A stretch of DNA of 63,627 nucleotides, counting the filler, from Octopus bimaculoides (taxonomy: Eukaryota): the NCBI RefSeq assembly GCF_001194135.2. It is 4 parts of 3 records of this genome, joined end to end, with 100 filler letters (N's around TTAATTAATTAA, not from the genome) between each part and the next. Parts side by side here need not be neighbours in the genome. Positions count along the whole stretch, not along the records: positions 1 to 30,171 come from NC_068981.1; 3 more parts are not named here. The stretch is one strand, 5' to 3'. Of the stretch, positions 12,154-24,199 are shown one piece after another. The stretch's first letter is position 1; every line of letters begins with the position of its first letter. A program made the translations under genes and the position numbers. The notes under the pieces were generated by a model, which was not told the DNA's origin, did no database searches, and saw only the letters and a list, made by a program, of their open reading frames with translations.

Positions 12154-13870
12154 AGAATATGATGCTCAATATTAGGTCAGTGATACTTACGTGGTTTCAA
12201 ACTAGGTTTTCGGCAACTAGTGCATATCAATAATTCCTCACTCATTTATACAATCCGCAGAGTTACACGGGATGAAAAAAATTAAGGCAGGGAATTAGTA
12301 GAACCGTTGGAGTACCATCAGATGAAATGCCTTGCGATAATTATTCCCTGCGTTCTGAGTTCGAATTCTGCAACCGTCAGGTGAGTGACATAATCGTTAG
12401 AATGTCAAATATTTATTCTGTGCAATATTTATTCTGTGCAATATTTATTCTGACCTTGCGTTCTGAGTTCAAATCGTACCGTGGCTTAGAGTGATAGATT
12501 TGATACATTGTTGCGTTTAACACCAACAAGTGTTTCTTGAGTGTCTTTCAGTAGATTTCTCTCTGTTGCAAACGTTTCGGGCCAGGAATCCAGTTTGAGG
12601 TTACCCCTCTCATTCTCACCAATTTCATCGTTACTACCCTTTCCTCTTCGCAAAACGGTAAAAAAGAGAGTCTATAGTAGATAAAGATGTCGAGGATCAT
12701 TCTCTCAAATAAATTTAATTGCAATTGGTACATGAAAATGTTATAGGAGCTACCAGAATGTTTTATTTCAGCCTTTAGTTTTGCATCAGATTATGGTAAC
12801 ATCCTTGCTTGTGTTCCTTTTGCGTGAGGCACACAAAATGTTTGAAACTGCTGGGTTTGTTTGTTAAGAGCAGGTTTCTGCACATGTATATTTCGGTGGT
12901 TATATCATCCTTACCTTGAGAATTCACTAAAATTATCTAGTGAAATTGGTAAAAAAATTCTTAAAGGAGCTGAACAGCGGGTCATGATAGAAGAACCCCA
13001 TCCCCTCAAGTAAGTATTTCGGCTCTTAACTTCTTATACTTTAAGGGTCCCAGGCCGCATCTAGGCCATGACTCTTGGTGCCCCTCTGCTGACAATTTTT
13101 AGACATTTAGATACCGGAGACTTGGTGCATTCAAACCGCTTCGAGATTTCATCTAGTAGTGACTCCTCTCCGCTGATTCAACTTTCAAACTTATACTTCC
13201 GTATCGGCTCCGGGAACATTGGATGTTGAAGAAAGAATTTACCACTTTGTAATCCACAGCGAAAAGAAAGCTCAACGTTTACAATGTTCAACCAGTCGGT
13301 CTAGAATAATACCTTTCTCTGAGAGAGGGCCATTCTTCCAGAGGAAAATAAATACTGAGCTAACGTATCTGCCTCCGTAGATGGCTTCAGACCATTACGC
13401 AGGGTATTTAGTTCGTGTTGATGTAAATTACAACCAGGAAATTTTCATGAATTTCAATGTCTGCTTAACAAGTTGTGAAATAAGCTACTTCCTTAAGACT
13501 AGATGTTTTGTGCATTCGAGAAAGGCTTCCTGGTTGAACTTCGGTTACAGGATGGCAGTCATTAAATACACGATGGTGTTTACATTCAGCAAAATCAAGT
13601 ACATCCTCTGGAGATTTATAGATTTCTTCAAGAGGTTGAGATCATGTATCATTGATTTCCATAGTTTCAAATGTCAGTTGTCTTATTTCTTTGACTGCCT
13701 GTTAAATGATGCGTGAGGTTCGCCCAACAGGATATGTTGTCTTAACCTGTTCAGACTCGTCACAGGATGTTGACTCCCATAACTTTCCTTGCATGAACAG
13801 ATTATAGCTCTCCTCAAGAGAAGGGGTGGTCAGAAATGCACAAGTTGTACACATCGATCTGATGTGTATG

Positions 13871-13916
<46 letters not shown>

Positions 13917-14401
13917 GTATATATATATAGATAGATATATATATATGTATGTACATATATATCCTTTAGGCTTATGTTAAACGTTTTTGAGTGCGCTCAT
14001 AAACACACACACACACACACACATATATATCTATATGTATGTATGTTTATGTATATATGTATACATATAAATATACAAACAACATATATATGTATATATG
14101 TGTGTATGTGTGTGTGTGTATGTGTATTGTGTAAATAAATATAGTGATGGTAATATTAAAATACCATCACGAGTGGTAAGCGAATCATCAGCCGTACAGG
14201 CAAATTAATAAAATATATTAGATATGTACATATATACACAAGGGTATTACACGAGTACCTATATCGCTAAAAATAGAAGTCAGAAAACACTTCTGTACCA
14301 CCGAATAGTCACAAATCTATTACAGACACGATAGGAAAAAATTATCAGTGAACAATAATAATGTTTTACCTCTACTGGGTCAGAACAAGTAAATGTTGGT
14401 C

Positions 14402-14467
14402 AGCCTGGTACCGGTTTCGAAATTTAGCGCCAAGTAGGTGCCTGATTTCTCATCAGCCACAGTCTGC
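14402..14467 (-). ncRNA. Minimal type I hammerhead ribozyme motif, intact core
   Basis: Minus strand: UGG-CUGAUGA-GAAAU[21 nt]AUUUC-GAAA-C-CG-G-UA/CCA. Stem II has 5 perfect bp, stem III is the palindrome ACCGGU, stem I has 3 bp plus a possible distal extension. Confidence 0.7.
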
Positions 14468-14668
14468 CAGCTAAATTATTATTAACATTCTCCTCCACCA
14501 TGCCTGCAAAAGTTCGTTTGAAGTGACCAAGAATTATAGGAACAAACGATATGTGGAGAATTATTTATAGATAAATATAGGGATGTTATTATTAAAATAC
14601 CATCACGAGTGGTAAGCGAATTATCAGCCGTACAGGTGGGGGAGAATGTTTGTAGTAATCTAGCTGGC

Positions 14669-14730
14669 AGACTTTGGCTGATGAAAAATCAGGCACCTAT
14701 TTGACGCTAAATTTCGAAACCGGTACCTGG
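14669..14730 (+). ncRNA. Second, more decayed hammerhead motif in the opposite arm
   Basis: GG-CTGATGA-AAAAT...ATTTC-GAAAC-CG-GTA-CC. The first stem II pair is A/C and stem I has only 2 bp. Confidence 0.5.
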
Positions 14731-14885
14731 TTAACCAACATGTACTTGTTCTGACTCAGTAGAGGTAAAACATTATTACTATTCACTAATATTTTTTCTT
14801 ATCATGTCTGTAATAGATTTGTGACTATTCGGTGGTACAGAAGTATTTTTTGACTTCTATTTTTTAGCGATATAGGTACTCATGT

Positions 14886-15249
14886 AGTTGTTGGCACTCC
14901 GTCGTTTACGACGTCGAGGGTTCCAGTTGATCCGATCAACGGAACAGCCTACTCGTGAAATTAACGTGCAAGTGGCTGAGTACTCTACAGACACGTGTAC
15001 CCTTAACGTAGTTCTCGGGGATATTCAGCGTGACACAGTTGAACCTTTGAATTACAGGCAGAACAGAAACAGGAAGTAAGAGTGAGAGAAAGTTGTGGTG
15101 AAAGAGTATAGCAGGGTTCGCCACCATCCCCTGCCGGAGCCTCGTGGAGGTTTTGATGTTTTCGCTCAATAAACACTCACAACGGGAATCGAAACCGCGA
15201 TCCTATGACTGCAAGTCCGCTGCCCTAACCACTTGGCCATTGCGCCTCC
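14886..15249 (-). mobile_element. tRNA-derived SINE family C, full length
   Basis: Minus-strand head GGAGGCGCAATGGCCAAGTGGTTAGGGCAGCGGAC...GTTTCGATTCCC. Body matches 1-290. Abuts the end of the right inverted arm. Confidence 0.88.
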
Positions 15250-15321
15250 ACACTCTGTACCCTTGTGTATATATGTATATATTGTGTATGTATATAAATA
15301 TATGTACACATGCGTAGGCTT

Positions 15322-15411
15322 AGGAGTAGCTGTGTGGTAAGTAGCTTGCTTACGAACCACATGGTTCCGGGTTCAGTCCCACTGCGTGACACCTTGGGCA
15401 AGTGTCTTCTA
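15322..15411 (+). mobile_element. SINE family B head fragment
   Basis: GGAGTAGCTGTGTGGTAAG...GGTTCAGTCCCACTGCGTGACACCTTGGGCAAGTGTCTTCTAC. Confidence 0.8.
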
Positions 15412-15561
15412 CACGATATATTCGTGGCTACAACGCCTTTCATCTTTATTGTCGGTTTGCTTGAGGATCAGAACTGACCTGTGGTCAGCAACAACAAATA
15501 CAACAACGATACTATATTCAGATGCAGCGCAATGAAATTTGGTGGTGACGTGCACTATGTA

Positions 15562-15890
15562 ATTGGCCCTCCGTCGCTTACGACGACGAAGATTCCAGTT
15601 TATCCAATCGACGGAACAGTCTTTTTGCGAAATTAACGTGCAAGTGGCTGAGTGCTCCACAGACACGCCTGCCCTTAACGTAGTTTTCAGTTGAGATTTA
15701 GCGTGACACGGAATGTAGCAAGGCTGACCCTTTAAATTACTGGTACAATTCATTTTTGCCAGCTGAGTTAACTGGAGCAACGTGAAATAAAGTGTCTTGC
15801 TCAAGGACCAGACGCGCCTCCAGGAATCGAGCTCACGACCTTCCGATTTAATCCGGATATCGTAATCACTGAGCTACGCGCTTTCACGTG
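15562..15890 (-). mobile_element. SINE related to family C with a different head and core
   Basis: 3' part matches family C. GCAACGTGAAATAAAGTGTCTTGCTCAAG is shared with 31480-31522. Confidence 0.7.
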
Positions 15891-15959
15891 ATGAAGGTTA
15901 TCTTAAAGTGATGTGTGTTTTCTTAGCCAGCATTACTGAACCTAGATGTTCCAATGAGC

Positions 15960-16026
<67 letters not shown>

Positions 16027-16989
16027 TGCTGTTGAATCGACGGCTCCACTAAGGGCTATATGAATAAAAGTAAAGTAAATATATAAATATTTAGTCTACA
16101 AACATCAGCAGCGATATGAATAAAAATAGATAAAGCTATTCTAAAGCTTAACAGCGGACTAAAGGGTTTCCTTAATTTCTTTTAGAGAACATTCACCAAG
16201 TAGTGTGCGGCTGAATTGTTATTTTTATGTATATAAACGCAACAACTACTTGCCAAAATTTCAATACAGTCATTGTATACACATTGTATATAAAAAGAAA
16301 CAGTTATTGTATATAAACATCTTTATTTGTGTATATGGTTTTACGTTAACAAAAATATAGAAAAGAGTGCGAAAGTATGAGGAAACTAACGGTGGTCTTC
16401 TGTTGGCAAAGATTATACAGAGTAGTCCGCGAGTTTCATTAAGAATAGTTCAGAGTAGTTCACGAGTTTCCTACACCATACGAAATACGGTGTAGGAAGA
16501 ATAGAATAATTTTCAGTGGGTTTGATCATTCGTGAGAGGGAAACACATTTGCTTTTAACCGAGACGTGCGCAGAGTGATGAAAATGTCCTGCATTTAGTG
16601 CCCGAGTATTGCTGACTTGTGGGGTTATATAGGATATTTGCTGTCACGTTTAGGAAGGATCCGGCTATTAGCTGAGACCATTGTGTAGAGAGTGATGCCG
16701 CTTTCCTTTAGCAAGTAATGTGGTGGCTTTGGCAAGATAGGTTGCATGTTGAACCAGACTGAAGGCTGAAGACAGACACCTTCTTTCTTAGCCAAGCTTC
16801 ATCTACTTATTCAGATTTCCCTTGAAGAGGAAAGTGAAAGTAGAGAGTGACCTCTTGTCTAAAAGAAAGATGTGAGAAAGGAAACAGACATTTTTTTTCT
16901 TCTTTTTTCTTTTAGCAAAATAGAAAAATATCTTTTCTCTCACTCGAAATACCAGATTCAACTTCTTGCCGTGACATACAAACTTTTAT

Positions 16990-17200
16990 CTAAACTTGCA
17001 ATTCATCACGATAGTTGTAATTAGATAGAATTACGAAAAAAGTAAATAGGTGATGTTTAGTCGATGCTTCATTCATTATTACGTTAAATAAAGAAGTGCT
17101 GAGAAGACATTGGTAAGTGTAACCAATTTTTGATTCGTTGGTTGGAGAATCTATCATGTCATGATATCTACGTAAATATTTGGTTTTATAGTCAAGTGTA
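16990..17200 (-). mobile_element. Decayed non-LTR reverse transcriptase fragment
   Basis: The ORF reads KIGYTYQCLLSTSLFNVIMNEA...ILSNYNYRDEL, resembling the GVRQGCxLSPxLFN and NLRYADD motifs. Confidence 0.4.
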
Positions 17201-18048
17201 ACTATAAAACCAATTACAAAATTGCTGTTTACATCAGTTGCCATTTTCACTGACTCTTCGCTCCGTTCTAAATTATTTTTGTCTAAAAATATTCTCATTT
17301 ATCAAAGAAGTAGAGTAATTTGAACACACACACACACANNNNNNNNNNNNNNNNNNNNNNNNNNNNNNNNNNNNNNNNNNNNNNNNNNNNNNNNNNNNNN
17401 NNNNNNNNNNNNNNNNNNNNNNNNNNNNNNNNNNNNNNNNNNNNNNNNNNNNNNNNNNNNNNNNNNNNNNNNNNNNNNNNNNNNNNNNNNNNNNNNNNNN
17501 NNNNNNNNNNNNNNNNNNNNNNNNNNNNNNNNNNNNNNNNNNNNNNNNNNNNNNNNNNNNNNNNNNNNNNNNNNNNNNNNNNNNNNNNNNNNNNNNNNNN
17601 NNNNNNNNNNNNNNNNNNNNNNNNNNNNNNNNNNNNNNNNNNNNNNNNNNNNNNNNNNNNNNNNNNNNNNNNNNNNNNNNNNNNNNNNNNNNNNNNNNNN
17701 NNNNNNNNNNNNNNNNNNNNNNNNNNNNNNNNNNNNNNNNNNNNNNNNNNNNNNNNNNNNNNNNNNNNNNNNNNNNNNNNNNNNNNNNNNNNNNNNNNNN
17801 NNNNNNNNNNNNNNNNNNNNNNNNNNNNNNNNNNNNNNNNNNNNNNNNNNNNNNNNNNNNNNNNNNNNNNNNNNNNNNNNNNNNNNNNNNNNNNNNNNNN
17901 NNNNNNNNNNNNNNNNNNNNNNNNNNNNNNNNNNNNNNNNNNNNNNNNNNNNNNNNNNNNNNNNNNNNNNNNNNNNNNNNNNNNNNNNNNNNNNNNNNNN
18001 NNNNNNNNNNNNNNNNNNNNNNNNNNNNNNNTATATCAATATATATAT

Positions 18049-18086
<38 letters not shown>

Positions 18087-18228
18087 CCACGACAGTTTTC
18101 AATAATACATTTCTAGCCTTAAGACTGACATAAGAAAAAAAACAAGGACTGAATTCTAGTTTAATGGTTCTCAGTTTTTTGTAAATCAGCGATTCTTTTC
18201 ACGAAACACCTTAATATATTTTGCAGAA

Positions 18229-18296
<68 letters not shown>

Positions 18297-18319
18297 ATAT
18301 AGTGCAGTTATAATATATA

Positions 18320-19978
18320 ATTAACCGTCATATAAATGAACTCCAACGAATGGATAACAAAATGAGAAAAAAAAATGACAGCAAATAAGGTGCATTATCC
18401 AAAAGCTGATATTTATAGAATCTACGTTCCTTTTAAAGAGAGCGGAAGAGGCCTCATCCAGCTAGAATTATAGCACAAGACCATCACAATAGATCTTAAT
18501 TCATACATCCAGCATAACTATGATTGGATGCTACAACTAGAGAATCAACACGAAAGGAACAAAAAAGCTACATTCTGTCGTTAAAGAGGCGCAGAAGTAT
18601 AAAAGAAAACTAATCTTAGATGTAAATGATAATGCCAAAGCTGCTATACCAACAGATACAGCAAAACACGATAAGCAAAATACTAAAAAGGAAGGTTTAG
18701 TGCTCTCCCTTGCAAGAGAGATTATAGAGTAACCTCCCTTTTCTAAGTTACTCGAAGGATCTATGTCATGAGACGTGATTCTTAATTATTCAAGAAGCTT
18801 AGCGTTTCTCTTGGAAGTTTCTAGAATGTCTAGCGTTCCATTAATAAAAACAGCTTGCTAACCCTGCTCTTTGCTTCTTAGGCGATTAGACTTAGAGCCA
18901 TTCATGTCATTGTTATGTCCATCTATTTCGCTACACCACATGACTGAAAACCACCACATAGCTGTTATTTCTACATTTTCTATCTCTGAACCTTCTTGCA
19001 TAGATTACTTCATTCAACTAGATTCTACATTTTGATTCTGTGTTATCATCACCGACCAGTAAATAAAATATATTTTTATGTAGTAAATATATAGGTCTTG
19101 AATTTATTCTTCACCTCTTTATGAACTATTGTAATAACATTCACGCAGTCACATCAACACCTTGTACTGACTATATATTCACACTACAAAGGCCTGAAAA
19201 AGCTTATAAACAAATGGCAAGAGAAACCGCTCCATGGTCAGTATCCCAAATGAATAAGGGGAACAGATATAGATAAAGAAAGAGTATCAGTGGTTGCGCA
19301 ATTCAGGTCTAAAGGCAGAAATTGGAGGTTTATAATGGCTGTTCAGGATCAATCTCTACTCACAGGAAACGTTTTCCACAATGGATGCTGACCCAAACCG
19401 TAAACTATGTGATGATAGTATTAAAACTGTCGACTACATTGCGGTTGGTTACTCTAAACTCCTAATAACCGAGTACAAAACCAGACTTGACTGAATAGAG
19501 CAGTTCCTACATTGAAACGTCTGTCGTCCCCCTTTCCTAAAAGCTGGTGTGAACACCACCCGAAACTAGTCACAGGAAGTAATAGAGTTACTATTCTGTG
19601 GGACTTTATCATCCATACTGACAGACAGGTAAATGCCAATAGACCTGATATTATTATCAAAGATCATCGACCAACAGCCCGCAGTCTTATAGATGTGACG
19701 GTACCAGCTTATCGAAATATCTCAGTCAAAGAATTCGAAATAAAAAGTGCAGGTAAAAAGTATCTCAGTAGCTACATGTGCTTTGGGAACTATCCCTAGA
19801 GATCTGAACAGATAGATAGAGGAAATAGGCATAACATCCAGCTCACTACAGCTCCAGAAAACAATGTTTTTAGGGACAGCTAGAATACTTAGGAGGGTTC
19901 TTGGCATCTAAGGTTACTTGTAGCCCGATGTTAGGATTTTTTCTTTTCCAATAGTCTAATCTGTTGTGTGTATATGAA

Positions 19979-19979
<1 letters not shown>
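18320..19979 (+). mobile_element. Dong/R4-clade RLE LINE, 5'-truncated and decayed, with an unrelated ~0.5-kb insert at about 18700-19185 and a (TAA)n tail
   Basis: Translated motifs: ELQRMDNKMRK..HYPKADIYRIYVPFKESGRGLIQLE; KWQEKPLHGQY; WLRNSGLKAE..FIMAVQDQSL; ILWDFIIHTDRQVNANRPDIIIKD..LIDVTVP; FLGTARILRRVLGI-stop. (TAA)n begins at 19980. Confidence 0.88.
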
Positions 19980-20056
<77 letters not shown>

Positions 20057-20259
20057 AAATACATATTTTACCTGTGAATTTGCGTGTGTAAACTGGAAAT
20101 GGCAACGAGTTTCTCTGCCCTAGGTGNNNNNNNNNNNNNNNNNNNNNNNNNNNNNNNNNNNNNNNNNNNNNNNNNNNNNNNNNNNNNNNNNNNNNNNNNN
20201 NNNNNNNNNNNNNGGAAGAAAATTTTAAGAAAGAAGAAAAAAAAAACAACATAATAATG

Positions 20260-20339
<80 letters not shown>

Positions 20340-20340
20340 C

Positions 20341-20670
20341 TTTCTCAATGAGAAAGAAGAAATAACAACTATGACGATTTGAAGTGGGAAATACGAAGGT
20401 TGTGGTCAATGAGGAGAGTAGACATGATATCAGCAGTAATTGGAAATATTCGCACTCAGCTACCAGCATAACTGAAAAAGATTGGTGAAAGTGTGAAGAC
20501 AGAACAGCTACAAAAATCAGCATTGCTTGTAACTGCAAGAATTCTTCGCCGGGTTCTTGAAGCATGACCAGTAAACAAATGTCACCTTGGTCTGCTGGCT
20601 ACGGGCAGCTGACACTTTCCATTATACCCAGCAAAATAAGCTGTGAGTTTTCATCAGATAATAATAATAA
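20341..20670 (+). mobile_element. Dong/R4 LINE 3' fragment embedded in (TAA)n
   Basis: YDDLKWEIRRLWSMRRV...EQLQKSALLVTARILRRVLEA-stop, with TAA tracts on both sides. Confidence 0.8.
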
Positions 20671-20674
20671 ATAT

Positions 20675-21225
20675 TCTGATGCAATAACAGGCACTGGCTC
20701 TCATGAATTCTGGTCTTAACTGATTGGAAGTGTTATGTACATGTTTTTGTCTTGGTATAAAAGATGGGCTACAGCAAATATTCTACTCAATACCACAGAT
20801 TTGTCTATCAGTGGTTTGACCTTAACCATTTGAGCATGACTCTTGGTGGCTGACGATATGTGCATCTCTGATCACGAGCAGTTGTGGGGGAGCATCATAG
20901 CCATGTGCTGAGAGGAATTCTTTGAGGTTTGAATAGTTCACCTCTAGAAACGTTGGTGTTTCGTTCAACATCCTTAAATAACCTTTATTCAGGGACCTTT
21001 TGAACGGGATGGGCTACTCGACCAGAAAAATATTCTAACTGCAAGGTCATGCGCTGTTTATATTGATATGAGATCACCATGTCATACACATATGTTTATG
21101 ATGCATGTTCCTGGTGTACCCTTATTAGATGGATAGCCATGATGGTAATATCGGGCCTTGTATATTTGTACTCCAGTGTCACTTTGACGTCATCCGCTAC
21201 TCTCTCACTCAATGGTAATAAAAAT
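20675..21225. mobile_element. Probable interspersed repeat (TAA-associated, non-coding)
   Basis: Bounded by TAA-rich tracts. It resembles an abundant octopus repeat I recall; there is no second copy in this window. Confidence 0.4.
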
Positions 21226-21237
21226 AATGATATTTTC

Positions 21238-21610
21238 TAAGGCGACGAGCTGGCAGAAACGTTAGCACGCAGGGCGAAATGCTTAGCAGTATTTCGTCTG
21301 CCGTTACATTCTGAGTTCAAATTCCGCCGAGGTCGACTTTGCCTTTAATCGACTTAATCCCTTTGTCTGTACTTGTTTGTCCCCTCTATGTTTAGCCCCT
21401 TGTGGGCAATAAAGAAATAAGAATCGTTAGCACGCCGGGCAAAATGCATAGCAGCGTTTTGTCCGTCCGTGTTCAAATTCTGCAGAGGTCGACTTTGCCT
21501 TTCATCCTTTCGAGGTTAATAAAATAAGTACCAGTTATGCACTGGGGCCGATGTGGACGACTTATTCTCTCCCTGAACTTTCTGATCTTCTGCCAACATT
21601 TGATACCAAT
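21238..21610 (+). mobile_element. Two tandem SINE family A copies (first internally deleted, second head-truncated)
   Basis: Family A head at 21238 and tail AATAAAGAAATAAG at about 21420; the body restarts immediately. Confidence 0.82.
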
Positions 21611-21624
21611 AATAATACTTTTTA

Positions 21625-21833
21625 CTATATGCACAAGGCCTGAAATTTTTGGAAAGGGAATAATGGATTACATCGATTACACCAGTGCTTAATTGGTACT
21701 TATTTCATCGACCTCGAAAAGATGCAAAGCAAAGTCGAAGTCGGTGGCATTTGAACTCAAAACATAAAGTCGGGAGAAATGACGCTACGCATTTCGTCCA
21801 TCGCGATGAACATTCTGCCAGCTCGGCACCTTA
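21625..21833 (-). mobile_element. SINE family A, diverged, inverted relative to its neighbours
   Basis: Ends TTCTGCCAGCTCGGCACCTTA, the reverse complement of the head. Confidence 0.78.
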
Positions 21834-22600
21834 AATGATATAAATATATTTTTTAAAATAGTGATAGTCTTCCTCGGTAGTTATTAAAATTCATTTATAA
21901 GTTTAGGTTTCGCGAGGGATGCGTGTTCTGAGGTATAGAGCTTCGCAGTTCTTTAAACAGCTCTTAACCACAAAATCCTTCCCAAAAGAGCTAAAAAAAA
22001 TTAACCAAGATTTCACTCTCTTTACACAAACAGCAGTATTTAACAGTAAATATCGTTTGAAATGAAATTTCAAAAAAAGTAAGACATACACTGCTGTCCA
22101 TACAAACCACAAATGAACTTCACGAAGTCTATGAATTATATATAATTTTCGTTCCTTCTGTCAGTTACATTTCATGTTTTTAATGAGTTACACAAAACAT
22201 TTCACAAACAAACTGCGCACTGTTTTAGGCTAGGATGATTTATGTTTATTTGGTCTATTACCCAGTTTGCTTCAGAGTTTTTTTTAAACAGCCTAATTTG
22301 GCAACACCACAAGTATCTTCTTACGTAGATCTTTGCATATTTTCCAGACAAATTGAAAAGACTGCAAAAAAAAAAAAGAAAAGGAAAAGAGAAAAACTGA
22401 GTGGTGGGGGGCAGAACAAACCGGCGGCAGTGATTTACAGCTGCTTTTTGCTAAATAGTCATACAATCCACTTAGATATTTACCTGACTGTCTCCATGTC
22501 TATCTATCTTGGTATCTTCTGGATATACACACGTGCACACACACACACACATACACACATATTCATACATACATATATGTATATATATAAAAAATAAAAA

Positions 22601-22663
<63 letters not shown>

Positions 22664-22773
22664 CACACACAAGCGCACAAATGTATATTCATACATACAT
22701 ATATGTATATATATAAAAAATAAAAAATAAATATATATATATATATACACGCACACATTCACACATGTATATG

Positions 22774-22804
<31 letters not shown>

Positions 22805-23123
22805 GGAGAGAGGGAGGGAGAGAGCTCCTCTATTACTAAAGTGAAGTATAATAGACCGAGATATTTGCTTTGTTGTATCCATATCTATCTTAGAATCTTC
22901 TGGGTGGGTGCATAAATATATATATATATATATACATACACATACATACATCCATATATATATGTTTGTGAAGTATTTATTTTGTTTATATGTTTTGTCA
23001 GTGCATGTTTGTATATGTCAAGCTTTTCAAAATACATAAATTGTTATTTTCTGAAAGTATTTATGTAAATGTATGCATAACTATGTAAATATTCACGTAT
23101 ATATGCAGTATATACATACATTT

Positions 23124-23503
23124 TGTTGACACTCCGTCGGTTACGACTACGAGGGTTCCAGTTGATCCGATCAGCAGAACAGCCTGCTTGTGAAATTAAT
23201 GTGCAAGTGGCTGAGCACTCCACAGACACGTGTACTCTTAACATAGTTCTCGGGGAGATTCAGTGTGACACAGTGTGACAAGGCTGGCCATTTGAAATAC
23301 AGGCACCACAGAAACAGGAAGAAAGAGTGAGAGAAAGTTGTGGTGATAGAGTACAGCAGGGTTTGCCACCATCCCCTGCTGGAGCCTCGTGGAACTTTAG
23401 TTGTTTTCGCTCAATAAACATTCACAACGTCCGGTCTGGGGATCGAAACTGCAATCCTACGACCGCGAGTCCGCTGCCCTAACCACTGGGTCATTGCGCC
23501 TCC
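23124..23503 (-). mobile_element. tRNA-derived SINE family C, full length
   Basis: Head GGAGGCGCAATGACCCAGTGGTTAGGGCAGCGGACTCGCGGTCG; body matches 1-290. Confidence 0.88.
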
Positions 23504-23564
23504 ACTATACATACATACATATATACATACATACATACATACATACATACATGCATACATACAT

Positions 23565-23608
<44 letters not shown>

Positions 23609-24199
23609 GGATGGATGGATGGANNNNNNNNNNNNNNNNNNNNNNNNNNNNNNNNNNNNNNNNNNNNNNNNNNNNNNNNNNNNNNNNNNNNNNNNNNNNN
23701 NNNNNNNNNNNNNNNNNNNNNNNNNNNNNNNNNNNNNNNNNNNNNNNNNNNNNNNNNNNNNNNNNNNNNNNNNNNNNNNNNNNNNNNNNNNNNNNNNNNN
23801 NNNNNNNNNNNNNNNNNNNNNNNNNNNNNNNNNNNNNNNNNNNNNNNNNNNNNNNNNNNNNNNNNNNNNNNNNNNNNNNNNNNNNNNNNNNNNNNNNNNN
23901 NNNNNNNNNNNNNNNNNNNNNNNNNNNNNNNNNNNNNNNNNNNNNNNNNNNNNNNNNNNNNNNNNNNNNNNNNNNNNNNNNNNNNNNNNNNNNNNNNNNN
24001 NNNNNNNNNNNNNNNNNNNNNNNNNNNNNNNNNNNNNNNNNNNNNNNNNNNNNTATATCGCTTTTGTATTTGGTTTGCAAGATTCTTTATGTGAATTAGT
24101 GTGTTGAAGCATATTCTTGGTCTGGGGAGAGTCATTCGGTTTTAATGCCCTATTAATTAACACACTCACCGGTTCCATTTCCAATCATTTACTTTTTAT

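Larger units (their letters stand above)
14135..14885. mobile_element. Penelope-like pLTR arrangement: ~250-bp inverted arms plus a 66-bp direct repeat
   Basis: Arms at 14249-14499 and 14635-14885 (roughly 90% identical by eye). Direct repeat at 14135-14200 and 14571-14636 (4 mismatches). Each arm holds an HHR motif. Confidence 0.7.

Noticed and set aside
14154-14200. CTGATGA on the minus strand of the direct repeat
   Set aside because: No GAAA strand or cleavage strand nearby, and the second copy has CTGATAA.
16570-16680. C/D-box snoRNA (GTGATGA ... CTGA)
   Set aside because: No terminal stem, and the GGAAGGATC match to the 18S 3' end is sense rather than antisense.
16700-16870. Strong minus-strand splice acceptor near 16860
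   Set aside because: All three frames hit stops within about 20 codons and no good donor follows; a UTR exon cannot be excluded.
22555-22745. Duplicated ~55-nt AT-rich block around a (TA)n tract
   Set aside because: Slippage or assembly stutter in low-complexity DNA.
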